From the human T2T-CHM13v2.0 reference genome, Homo sapiens: DNA of 64,000 nt. Of this stretch, positions 15,562 to 33,750 are shown one piece after another. Every line of letters starts with the position of its first letter. The stretch's first letter is position 1. The DNA is taken from assembly GCF_009914755.1 (NCBI RefSeq), contig NC_060940.1; one strand, given 5' to 3'. The notes beneath the pieces are model-generated. The model searched no databases. It was not told the origin of the DNA and saw nothing but the letters and a program-made list of their open reading frames with translations. Position numbers and translations under genes: made by a program.

Positions 15562-15995
15562 CTGTTCACTGGGGAGTGCCTTGTGGGCCTAGGAGTTCAG
15601 TGCTGTTTTTTTCTGATTTTCCAAGAGAAGCTGGAAATCTGGATATTTATAAGAAATCTGAATATTGAGTGATGGCAAAATCTCAACACCATGTGAGCCA
15701 AACAGACCAGTCAGGAGCCCTGGTTCAGGCTCTGCCCAGGAGCCTCTAAAGGTCTGTGACGTGAAGACATTTGTCGTTGTGCCGAGGCACTGGTTGGATT
15801 CGGGGGTGCGTGTGTCCCTCATGTCTGCCCGGCATCCTCGGCTCAGAACCCCTCCTGCTGCTCCTTCTTGTTTGCTCATTGTCTTGTCTTCTTTTGAGGT
15901 GAGAAATGTGTTTTCCCTGTGGGGAATGTGGTGTTGAGAAAGAAAAAGGCTCACAGTAAGTGGCCTGGGGCTGTGCCCGAAAAGTAACTGATTCT

Positions 15996-17132
<1,137 letters not shown>

Positions 17133-17517
17133 CGCTTATTTCCCTGTTTAAACTGGTCTTAGGTTATTTCCTTTTTGATATTTTTGCTGTTGTAATAATG
17201 GTGTGGGTAATATCTTTGAGCAAGATGCTCTTATATTTCTTTTGAGAAATTTTTTAGGCATCAATTCTCAGGAATGGATGAAAGGATCTAGTTATTTTAT
17301 GATTATTGGCCAAATTGAAGAGAATTCTGCCACCTGCTGAATGCATTCTGTCTCCGGAGCTTCCTAGCCTTATATTTTAACTTTTTACATTTAGCTGTTT
17401 ATTTTTAGGTGAAGTTGAGTCCTCCCTCTTTCTTCCTTGCCTTTCGCCGGCCACACGCCCCGTTGCCGTGCATGGGCCCCTGCTCAGTGCCTCACCTGAC
17501 CCACTGCACCTGGCCAG

Positions 17518-17715
17518 GTGGAGGAGCATGTCAGCCGCATCCGGGAGGAGCTGGACCGCGAGCGGGAGGAACGAAACTACTTCCAGCTGGAGCGGGACAA
17601 GATCCACACCTTCTGGGAGATCACACGGAGGCAGCTGGAGGAGAAGAAGGCTGAGCTGCGGAACAAAGACCGGGAGATGGAAGAAGCCGAGGAGAGGCAC
17701 CAGGTGGAGATCAAG
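17518..17715 (+). CDS. GAS8: GAS8 exon 3 ([11 protein letters not shown]...QVEIK)
   Basis: cag|GTG...AAG|gtgagt; 198 nt; coiled-coil sequence. Confidence 0.96.
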
Positions 17716-18029
17716 GTGAGTGGGGCCGGCCTGCACGTGCTAACCTGGTCACCACAGAGCCCCAGAGGAGCTGGATCCAGTGAGGGTGCGGGTGGGACAT
17801 TTTCTCTTCTTGGCTTTGGGAGTCACAGCCTTAAAGGTGTTTTTTATAAAAGCCTGAGGGAGAGACCCTGCAGGTCCTGAGGGTTTAAAATGCTGCCTCC
17901 ACAACATGGAAGGAATATGGGCTCTGGGGGCAGACTGGCCTGTTTGCAACTCAGCTCTGCCACTTAATACCCCATGAGCTGGGGATGCACCTCACCTCCC
18001 AGCCTTGGTGTCCTGCTCTGTGCCTCAAG

Positions 18030-18913
18030 TGTACAGGTTTGCATAGGTGAACAGGCATGTGTAGCTGTGTAAAGGTGAGGCATGCAAGTGAGCAGGTGGA
18101 TGCAAGTGAGCATGTGTGTGCAGGTGAGGAGGCGTGGCCAGGTGAGGAGGTATGTGCAGGTGAGGTGTGGGGAGGTGAGCACGTGGGGCAGGTATGTGCA
18201 GGTGAGCAGGTAGGTGCAAGTGACCAGGTGTCTACAGGTATGTACAGGTGAGGAGGTGTAGTACAGGTGTAGTGCATGCGACCAGGTGTGTACGGGAATT
18301 TACAGGTGAGGAGGTGTACAGGTGACCAGGTGTGTACAGGTATGGACAGGTGAGAAGGTGTGGTACAGGTGTGGTGCAGGTGAGCAGGGGGGTACAGGTA
18401 TGTACAGGTGAGGTGTGTTACAGGTATGGTGCAGGTGATCAGGTGTATACAGGAATGTACAAGTGAGGAGGTGTGGTACAGGTGACCAGGTGTGTACAGG
18501 TATGGACAGGTGAGGAGGTGTGGTACAGGTGTGGTGTGGGTGAGCAGGAGTGTACAGGTATGTACAGGTGAGGAGGTGTGGTACAGGTGACCAGGTGTGT
18601 ACGGGTACGGACAGGTGAGGAGGTGTGGTACAGGTGTGCTATGGGTGACCAGGTGTGTACAGGTATGGACAGGTGAGGAGGTGTGGTACAGGTGACCAGG
18701 TGTGTACGGGTACGGACAGGTGAGGAGGTGTGGTGCAGGTGTGGTATGGGTGACCAGGTGTGTACAGGTATGGATGGACAGGTAAGGAGGTGTGGTACAG
18801 GTGACCAGGTGTGTACAGGTATGGACAGGTGAGGAGGTGTGGTACAGGTGTGCTATGGGTGACCAGGTGTGTACAGGTACGGAAAGGTGAGGAGGTGTGG
18901 TGCAGGTGAGCAG
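18030..18913. repeat. Complex CAGGTG/CAGGTA-rich satellite in GAS8 intron 3
   Basis: Reiterated caggtgaggaggtgtggtacaggtgaccaggtgtgtacaggtatgga modules ending ~25 nt before exon 4. Confidence 0.9.
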
Positions 18914-18936
18914 ATGGTACTCCCATTGCCCTGCAG

Positions 18937-19143
18937 GTGTACAAGCAGAAAGTGAAGCACCTGCTATATGAGCACCAGAACAACCTGACAGAGATGAAGG
19001 CTGAGGGCACTGTAGTCATGAAGCTGGCACAGAAAGAGCACCGCATACAGGAGAGTGTGCTGCGCAAGGACATGCGGGCACTGAAGGTGGAGCTCAAGGA
19101 GCAGGAGCTGGCCAGTGAGGTGGTGGTGAAGAACCTGCGGCTG
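18937..19143 (+). CDS. GAS8: GAS8 exon 4 ([10 protein letters not shown]...KNLRL)
   Basis: cag|GTG...CTG|gtaggt; 207 nt. Confidence 0.96.
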
Positions 19144-19602
19144 GTAGGTGTGGCGGGGGCACCTGGAGGCTGACAGGTTGTTGGGACGGCAAGCCTAGTG
19201 CTGCATGAACTCCTGTTTATTCAACAGCAACTGGGAATTCATATTTCTGCATAAGACTTTCTGCATTTTTGCAATTTGTTGAAAAAAATTTTTTTAAAGC
19301 ATGCATCCAAACAAACCCCATTTTGGGACCAAGTACACAATTCTGTCTCAGACCTGAGCAAAAAATTGACGTCACCGAAGAAAAAAAATCCAGCTTAGGA
19401 TCTTTCATGTGCTGCTGACACCTGACACCCAGAGACTTTTCCTAGGGAATAGCATCATATGCATTTAGTAGAATGCAAACCAACCATTAAAATATCCAGT
19501 GTGTTGACTCCTGGGCACTGTGACAGTTTGTCACACAAGCTGGTCTGATTTTTACTTTTGAGGCTGGGGGTTTCCAGGGCACCATTAAAATTCATCTGTG
19601 CA

Positions 19603-21520
<1,918 letters not shown>

Positions 21521-21852
21521 GGATGACAGGAATGAATCCTTTTAATATGCTGCTTCAGGCAGCAGTGCAGCAGGTTGGAAGCTACACACGGCACCTGGAA
21601 AGATCCCACAGCTCTGTGTGGATGTGGCTGCTGCTCTTCAGGCTGTGGGATGGTTTGGCGATGGAACCAAGCGGGTTCAGTGCTCACGACGTCTGTTCAT
21701 GTTCTCTCTCAAGCTTAGAGGTGACTTTAGTTGAGGGAGGTGAGTTAGGGAATATGGAGGTGACCAAAACCATGAGGAACAGGGTCAGCCTGAAGGGAGC
21801 GGGCTTCCCTCTGTGTCCGGCTGTGTAGTAATGGCCGCTTCTCCCTGTGCAG

Positions 21853-21907
21853 AAACACACCGAGGAGATCACCAGGATGCGGAATGATTTTGAGAGGCAA
21901 GTTCGAG
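21853..21907 (+). CDS. GAS8: GAS8 exon 5 (KHTEEITRMRNDFERQVR+G)
   Basis: cag|AAA...CGAG|gtcagt; 55 nt, phase 1 end. Confidence 0.94.
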
Positions 21908-22600
21908 GTCAGTTTCCCGTGTGCTCATTGTGTAGGTGCCAGAGACACCCCCGCCCCATCAGAGAGGAATTTACCTCCAGAGCTTGTTAACTCAGGGAGC
22001 AAAAACTGGATTAAAACAGCCAAGGCATGCAAGAGAAAGAACATGGAAGTTTCCAAGGCCAGTGGACCCACTCAGAATCCCAGAACAACCTATTTCCATG
22101 TGAGTTTGGGAGGCTGTGATTACCACACACATTCCCACTCCTAGCTAAAATCAGTAGTTATCAGCAGGTGGTAGCTATTCAGTGCCGTGGGCAGCATTCT
22201 TAAAATAGTCTTCTCCATGGCTCCTGGTCTGAGAAGGCTCCAATTTCAGAAGTCTCTGTGTTTTACTAATAAAGGCTGATTGTGGCTGGGTGGCCACACA
22301 GGCCTCGGTTACTGCTCACTGGGGTCAGCTGACATTCAGCTGTTGGCACCCCCAGTGCAGGGAGCGATTAGCAATGCCTGTCACTGGCAAAGGCAGGCCG
22401 ACAGTGGTGTGTGTGCTGAGTGTGAGCATCAGCAGAAAAACTCAGTCTAAACCCCTTTGTTCTTCTCTTGCAGAGCTTTTGCCTGCAAGGCTGTTCTGAC
22501 CACAGTGGGCGTTTTGGGCCCGTTTACAGGCTCCATGTTCTGTAGCCGTAGGGGCACCACGTCTTCCTCTGCTAAGCTGCTGTTTGCTGCTGCCTTTCAG

Positions 22601-22806
22601 AAATTGAGGCCAAGTATGATAAGAAGATGAAGATGCTGAGGGACGAACTCGACTTGCGGAGAAAGACTGAGCTCCACGAAGTGGAGGAGAGGAAGAATGG
22701 CCAGATCCACACGCTGATGCAGCGCCACGAGGAGGCCTTCACCGACATTAAGAACTACTACAACGACATCACCCTCAACAACCTGGCCCTCATCAACTCC
22801 CTCAAG
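22601..22806 (+). CDS. GAS8: GAS8 exon 6 ([10 protein letters not shown]...INSLK)
   Basis: cag|AA...AAG|gtgctg; 206 nt, restores phase 0. Confidence 0.96.
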
Positions 22807-23451
22807 GTGCTGTGCGTGGGCTGGGCTGGGGAGGCACACTCTGCCTGTCCTAGAATGTGGGCTGCAGAGTCCTGGGGATCCAGACCCCAGCTCTCCACCC
22901 CAACACACCCAGTACTTTTTATAAGATTGTTTGACAATGCCCCTCTCATATCCTTAACTGAAATTCCTAAATAACGTAACCTATCTCTACCTATTGTTAA
23001 AAGCAGTCAGGATATTGCCCTCACCGTAGTGCAGAGGGGGAAGTAATGAAGTGTGTTCTGGTTTGTAAAAGCTCAGATGGAACCGCAGTGAGGGCCGTGA
23101 TGTGGCTGGAGTGGATAGGTGTCATAGTCACTGCCTGCGACAGGTGGATAGGTGTCATCGTCACTGCATGCTGGCAGTGACAGGATTTTCTACAGTAGAC
23201 AACGGCCCTTGGTGGAATCTTGAACAAAGTATAGTCCTTCAGTCTGCATGGAAGCTGCATTCCCAGAAAACTCAGAATAAGTTGAAGCTGCAGAAATACT
23301 GTTTATACATAGAAGACGTCTAGGTGCCAGCATGCCTGAGGCTGGCAGCAGCTGGTGATGGGCAGGAGAGCACCCAGCTCTCACCATGCAGGCCACAGCC
23401 CCTTTGGTTCTGCCTGCTGAGCCCCTGCCGGGCCTGTGCTTGTGCCTGCAG

Positions 23452-23619
23452 GAGCAGATGGAGGACATGCGGAAGAAGGAGGACCACCTGGAGAGGGAGA
23501 TGGCAGAGGTGTCTGGGCAGAACAAGCGCCTGGCAGACCCTCTCCAGAAGGCTCGGGAGGAGATGAGCGAGATGCAGAAACAGCTCGCAAACTACGAGAG
23601 GGACAAGCAGATCCTGCTT
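23452..23619 (+). CDS. GAS8: GAS8 exon 7 (EQMEDMRKK...KQILL)
   Basis: cag|GAG...CTT|gtgagt; 168 nt. Confidence 0.96.
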
Positions 23620-23981
23620 GTGAGTTTCCCGCTGGATTCCTCTCCCTCCTTGGCATGAGCTTGCCTAGGCTCAGGAGGGAGGAGCATCACAGGGAGGGGC
23701 TTGGCCCTTAGGGCAGGAAGGGAGACGGGGAGGCCTGCATTTCTCCTTTCTCTGCCTCGTGTTCTCCTGGGGAAAGTAAAGTCTGGGGGTGTTTTGGAGA
23801 CAAGGCCCTCATCTTCACCACGTGCTACCGACCGGCCTTGGTGAGACTCAGCTGCTTGTGTCCTGGAACCAGGTCTTTCTGGCGATTATTTTTGGCCTTG
23901 CCATCTCCCAGGAGCCCGTGTTACTTGGATGACTGTGAATCTTGAATACTTTCTGTCCCCTACTCCCTGTTTTTCCTCCAG

Positions 23982-24068
23982 TGCACAAAAGCCCGTTTGA
24001 AAGTCAGGGAGAAAGAGCTGAAAGACCTGCAGTGGGAGCATGAAGTGTTAGAGCAGCGATTCACCAAG
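23982..24068 (+). CDS. GAS8: GAS8 exon 8 ([10 protein letters not shown]...QRFTK)
   Basis: cag|TGC...AAG|gtgagt; 87 nt. Confidence 0.95.
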
Positions 24069-25578
24069 GTGAGTGGCACCACGCTGGCCCTGCAGTTGGC
24101 GGTGGGTGTTAGAGCAACGGTTCACCAAGTTCACCAAGGTGAGCGGGCACTAGGCTGGCCCTGCAGTGGGGATGGCACCCCTGCTAGCCAGGGACGGGGC
24201 TCTCCTTGTGGCCCCTGGACCAGCTTCAGATGCCTTGGCCAGGTTTCTGGGTTCTGAAGCTGGAGGCCCTGTTCCCTGTAACTCATTCCGCAGCTTCTAA
24301 GAGGCAAAAACCTGTGGCCTGTTCTGCATGCATATTCTGCAGAAGGCCTGGGGTCTTGATGGGGAACGGATCACACATGACTTTCGTCCCCTCGAGAGCT
24401 CACCTCTGAAAGCACATGAGGGAGGCTCTTAAGTGTAAGTGAAGATGAGTCTCCGGCTGCTCAGTGCTGGTCCTCACACTGGCGAGTTTTATGGGCTCCC
24501 TTCCAGGTTTCCTGCATGCTCTCGTGTGGATGTGACTTTGTATGTTACGAACACGGGATCAGGCCATAAGCACAATTTGCTTTTTAATCTCACAGTGTAT
24601 CAGGCTGCACATAGGAAGCGGTCTCATCCTTTTCACAGCTGCTTGGTGCTGCGTTTTGTGAACGTTTGATCATTTAGCCGACTCCCGTCTGTTTCTAATG
24701 CTCTGCTGCTATAAGCATTGCTGCCTCAATCCTTTTAAATTTGTCTTTGTGCACTTGTGTGAGATTGCTTCTTAGGAAAGCCAGTTCCTAGCAGTGGGAT
24801 TGTTGAGTCTGAGGGTTCTGTTCTGAGGACCCTGATCATCTGTCCAGAGGGCTGCTCTGAGTCACACACCTGCCAGGGTGCGGAGGGGCCGTTTCCATCC
24901 TCACCTGCACCAGATCTGACAGGTTTAAACCTTTGCAGAAGTGACTGGGTGGAAAACATCTCATTTCGTGGGCACTTCCAAGATTCGCAGTGAGTGGTAG
25001 GGGTGCTCGGTCCTGTCTCTGTCCCTTAAAGACGCTCCTTGCCTCTGTTCAGTTTCAAAGTTCTGGCCAAGGACCAATCCCTGCAGCATGGGGCCCTCAA
25101 GGCTTTGTCTGTGGTGTGCGGGGCCAGGGCATCTTATCTTGAGCCGCAGTTATATGTGCTGTTTTGTTCTCTAACCTAATTGAAATTTTTGAACACAAAC
25201 CGTTGTAGTGGGATTCGCTTCTCAGAAATATCCCATCTGTCTGTCAGATCTAGCCCCACCTTCAGAGACACCTCAGGTCCTGCACGACGTGCATTGCTAG
25301 GCTGTGCCAACTCTTGGCACCTAAGGGAAGGGCACCTGCAAGGTAGTCAGTGAGATCCTGAGGACTGCTGTGTTAGACAAGGGGCCCTTCCTTCTCCCTG
25401 TGGGTTTTGAGGTGGACATTATTGGGAAGAGGACAGCAGAGACGTGCCTGGGTTGGAGCCTTGTTTTCTGTCATATTTTCTTCCATTTGAATGTGGTTCC
25501 TGACAGTGTCCAAGCTGGTGTCTCTTCCTAGAGAACCGAGAGCTCAAATTTGTCAGCAAAATTTAGAGACCAAGGCAG

Positions 25579-28448
<2,870 letters not shown>

Positions 28449-28682
28449 TGGACTGTTGCTGGAGAGGCAGGTTGTGCAAGCTCCCAGTTCTCTGCTTCTT
28501 CCTTGTTTTCTCTCCACCCTTGGAGACCTTTTTCTGCTGACAACCCTGTGTGGATGGATGCATCCATCAAACCAGGCTGCTATTCGCTGGATCTCTCAGA
28601 ACGCCCACTGGAGTCCCCAGGCCGCTCCCGTTGCCTTGGCCAAAAGATGAGTCTCAAACTCCCATCACCTCTCTCTCCTCAG

Positions 28683-28748
28683 GATGTTCTTGAGTCGAAG
28701 AACAGCACCATCAAGGACCTGCAGTATGAGCTGGCCCAGGTCTGTAAG
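28683..28748 (+). CDS. GAS8: GAS8 exon 10 (DVLESKNST...AQVCK)
   Basis: cag|GAT...AAG|gtacgg; 66 nt. Confidence 0.95.
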
Positions 28749-29408
28749 GTACGGCTGTGCCCTGCCCTCCCTCAGGGGCACCCCCTCGGTGCCCAGACTG
28801 TTCTAAATGCAGACGGTCTCTGAGGACCCCACCTGTGCCCACTTCGTACCTCGTTTGACAAGGCAGCTGTCACTGTCCCCACGTGAGGGTGCAGTCATAG
28901 CCGAGAGCATCTGGATTCTGTGTGGTCTGGGGCAGTGCACTGCTGTCTAGGCCATGTCTCTGCTGGGATGGGTGTAGGGGGGGACCTGGACGCTTCCCTG
29001 GTCAGCCCCTTCCCCTGGGCAGGGAGTCAGAAGGTGCTGTGCCCACCGGGGAAGGAAACAGACGTCATTCAACAGGGGAAGGGAGGGCGTGAAGAACCTG
29101 AGTGGGAAACACCCAGCCAGGGCCCAGAGCCCTCCCAGACCACAGCTCTGCCCTGAGTGTCCCTGCCCTCTGCCTCTGTCTCGTCATTTGTGGAATAGGA
29201 ATAGTGACAGCCTCTCCCTGTCGTGCTACCTGAGCCAACGCAGTGAAGGTGCTTGGAGCTGTGTCCCACACGGGAAATGACTGATAAGCCTTTGGCTTTA
29301 TCCTTCTGCACCGTGATGCTCACGCTGCCCCTCCATGGAGCTGCACTCAGCTCTGGTGGTCCTGAGCGTGGGGACCCTCAGCTCCCTGACACTGCCCTGT
29401 CTCCACAG

Positions 29409-29558
29409 GCCCATAACGACCTGCTGCGCACGTATGAGGCAAAGCTGCTGGCCTTCGGGATCCCTCTGGACAACGTGGGCTTCAAGCCCTTGGAAACAGC
29501 TGTGATCGGACAGACACTGGGCCAGGGCCCCGCGGGACTGGTGGGCACCCCGACGTAG
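29409..29558 (+). CDS. GAS8: GAS8 exon 11 coding part ([10 protein letters not shown]...LVGTPT*); dynein regulatory complex subunit 4, 478 aa in total
   Basis: cag|GCC...TAG. The 11 exons sum to 1437 nt with an open frame. Confidence 0.96.
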   Translation, partial: AHNDLLRTYEAKLLAFGIPLDNVGFKPLETAVIGQTLGQGPAGLVGTPT

Positions 29559-30126
29559 CTGCCCCCCTGGGGGGCCACAGCCCAGAGAACCAGCCTAGGA
29601 ACACTCGGGATGACACCCCTTATCACACCAAGGACAGCAAGTTTTTTAGATTTTATCATCAGCAAATGAAAGCTTTTCACATGTTCTTGCCATCCTCTTT
29701 CCTGGCTCTGTGGAGGAGAACCACCTGCAGGACCCTCACCCATGGTGTCCCTGTCGCTCCCTTCCCTGGGTGCCGCACGTCCAGCCTGTGTCCAGGCCTA
29801 CTCCCTGGTCTCACCTCCGACCACAGTCGGCGGCACCTTCTCAGAGTGCCCCGCACTCACCTGGGGGTTGGGGCAGTGCCGCGCTGTGCTGCCTGTCTTC
29901 GCGCCACTGTTGTCCCACCGAATGGACAGCTTTGCAGGTGCTGGCACTAACTTCATTGACACCTGAGTCACAGCTGCCCAGTGGGATTCTCCAGGGGGCC
30001 GGGACTTCCCTAGGAAGTGGTGAGCCAATGCTCCCTGATGAGCACAAAGCCCGCTCTGTTGAGGGCTGGGTGGGTGCAGCCAGCGTGCGGGAACGGGCAG
30101 GCAGCCTCCCGCTGCCAGTCTTCGCT

Positions 30127-30202
30127 CTAACTCCCTCGGTAGGTGATGTAGGACCAGGGGCACGTGGAACTTCTGGGCCTTGCTGGTGATGGTTAAAACA
30201 AC
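30127..30202 (-). pseudogene. URAHP: URAHP exon 4, frameshifted (VVLTITSKAQKFHVP / WSYITYRGS*)
   Basis: The C-terminal YRGS* HIUase signature is present in a shifted frame; 76 nt versus 90 expected. Confidence 0.92.
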
Positions 30203-30714
30203 CTGAGATGGAGAGGCCAGGAGAGAGTATAAGGGGATAGCAGCAAACCACCTATCTGGCCCCAACACACCTGAGAGAATTCAGCAGCCCAGACTGAGGG
30301 TCTGGGATGGGGTGAACCTTCCGCACCAGAGGGACACTCCACAGAAGCCACAGCCCAGTAAGTCAGGCGCTTCTGCGGCGGCTCCAGTGTGGGGTGAGGC
30401 AGTGAGGTTAGGCCCAGAGAGCTGGAGTTGGCTCAGATGAAAACCTCTGTCAACAAAGAGGGGATGAATCACCCTTGGCCCAGCCTCCCCACAAAGCCTG
30501 ACCCTGGGCAGGTGAGTGACGGGTGTGTCCTCGTAGAGTCTATTGCTGCCTGGACACCTTTCTTTTGGGAGCTCAAAGCAAGTGAGCTCACCTACCTGCC
30601 ACCGCCCAGGACCAGTCTGCCCACTGCCTAAATGATGCCCGGCCAGCAGGACCTGGCCTGCAGATCCCAGTGAGTCATGAGCCTCAGCCCCCTCCAGCCC
30701 ACTGGGGCTCTCAC

Positions 30715-30836
30715 CTCCACATGTGGGTAGAAGCTTTCCTGCCCCCTCTTCCTCCAGTAGCCCTCAGTGTCGAAGGTGAGCTTGTAGGTGCCTGCCTTCA
30801 TCTGGTCCAGGACAGTGACCATCTGGGTCTGTGTAG
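30715..30836 (-). pseudogene. URAHP: URAHP exon 3, frameshifted (YTDPDGHCPG / QMKAGTYKLTFDTEGYW...FYPHVE)
   Basis: HIUase motifs split over two frames. The exon is 122 nt versus 136 expected from the recalled mouse protein. A premature TGA lies at 30766-30764. Confidence 0.92.
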
Positions 30837-31222
30837 CTGGGGAGAGGATGAGGCTGCAGAGATGGGGACCAGAAGCCCCCCACCCCAGCTTTCCTGGGTC
30901 TGCATCCCAGTGGGCCTCAGACACTGCCCTGCCACCTGTCAGACTTGGGTGAGCAGACACAGTGAGGCTGTTAGGTCCTGCAGTTCCAGAGCAGTCTAGG
31001 GACACCACTGCCCTGTCTTTAGGAAATCACAACACAGAGAAGCAAAAAGGGAAAAAGTCTCCCACAATTTATCCCATGAGCAAGAACCACTTTATAGCTG
31101 GCATATATTTTTCCAGATTTTCTCTATGCATAAGTATATTTGTTTAAAAACTTATAAAGTGGATTATACTATTTGTATTGTTTTATAACCTGTGGTTTTC
31201 ACTTAAAATATTGTGTATGGCT

Positions 31223-32413
<1,191 letters not shown>

Positions 32414-33169
32414 TCAGGTGGGACCTGGACCCCTCGTGTCTCAGCTTTTGTGAAGGACCACACGACTGTAGGAGCGGCAGGGTCAGACTCTCTCTGATCC
32501 TATGGGCCCAGCCCTGTCCTTCTGGCTGGAAGGGAGGGGGCCTGCCTCTTACGCAGGGGCCATGAGGCCTGGGTGGGTGACATCTGCCTCTGGAAGTGCC
32601 GCGCAGAGCCTGTGCCTGGGGCAGTGGGCAAGACCCCATGGAGGCTGAGGGACACACTGCCCCTCAGGCCTGGCTGGGAATCCCAGCACGCACCTGGGCT
32701 TGCTACCTCAGTCTTCCCATGTGTAGAAGGGTGAATTATGGTGCTGGCCCACGGGGTGTATGGAGAATGAAAAGAGTGGAAATAATGTCCAGCGTACTGC
32801 CTGGCACAAGGTTACCCGTGATCTCAGTGAGCTCTTCGATGCCACCTCAGGCCTCACCTCACCACCACCCCCCGCCCTCGCCCTGGCACAGCTGCCAGGG
32901 AGAGGCAGAAAATCACTCCCACCCCATCAGGGTCACAGGGGCCTGAGGCTGGAGGGAGGGAGGAAAGAGCTCCTCTCCTCATCCCTGTATTTTCAGAGGA
33001 GGAAACGGGCTGAGAGAAGCAGAAGAGAGAGCCCCTAACCTCACTCCCAACCCGGGCTGAGAGGAGGGTCGGCAGCGGTGAGCTCCGCCCTCCAGCCTCA
33101 CTGCCTGGCCCCTTAGTCCCCGCCATCTGTCTCAGGGCGGCACTCCCCCTCCCAGGGCCTCTCTCCTAC

Positions 33170-33309
33170 CTTGTCCTCAGCTCCGCCCACTGCTGGCCGT
33201 GGTCCTCCAGCCAGCACAAGCGGAGGCAGAGGCCTCTGGCTGGGAGCCCTGAGGCGGTGTCCAGCACGTGGGTGGTCAGTAGGTTGTCCGGAGGCTCCGT
33301 GCTGCTGCC
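33170..33309 (-). pseudogene. URAHP: URAHP exon 2 (GSSTEPPDNLLTTHVLDTASGLPARGLCLRL...WAELRT)
   Basis: Transthyretin-like/HIUase signature LTTHVLDTASGLPA; cag|GGC...AG|gtagga. Confidence 0.92.
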
Positions 33310-33750
33310 CTGGGCCAGGAGAAGGAGGCCAGGGTGAGCCTCTGGAGCCCTGTGCCCGCCTACCCACACCAATCCTGCGTCCACACCAGCTGTGGGGCTT
33401 AAACAGCCCTCTGGACAGAGTTCTCCGAGCTGCCCAGGGGACAGGGGGCAAGGGTGACCGGAAGTGCCCAGGCAGCTGATGAGGCACCAAACGTAAACAG
33501 CGCAGCCTGTGCCTGCCGACCCTCCCCCACCAATCCCTGTGGCTCCCCTGCCCCACTGGGGACACCCACTGTCCCGCCCACGGCCCCACGAAATGGCCAT
33601 TTCCCCCCAGGCCCTCAGTTCCAGCCCCTGGGGTGGTTCTCCCGGAACTGGGCTCTCCTCCGCGCCCCGGTTCCTGGGCCCTCGACGCTCAGCCCCACGC
33701 AAGCAGCTGAGGGGACAGGAGCCCTGCAGGTCCAGGCCTGGCCCCCTAAC

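Larger units (their letters stand above)
29559..31180 (+). other. GAS8: Probable GAS8 3' UTR, ending after a variant polyA signal TATAAA (31153-31158)
   Basis: I saw no canonical AATAAA after the stop. An AT-rich block with TATAAA followed by a GT/T-rich tract lies at ~31150-31200. The end position is approximate. Confidence 0.55.

Noticed and set aside
15310-15672. Silk-fibroin-like [11 protein letters not shown]
   Set aside because: Non-ATG start; an alternative-frame by-product of the 12-bp minisatellite.
30127-30836. Idea that the two URAHP deletions compensate and restore the frame
   Set aside because: Net -28 nt is not a multiple of 3, and a TGA at 30766-30764 precedes the second deletion.
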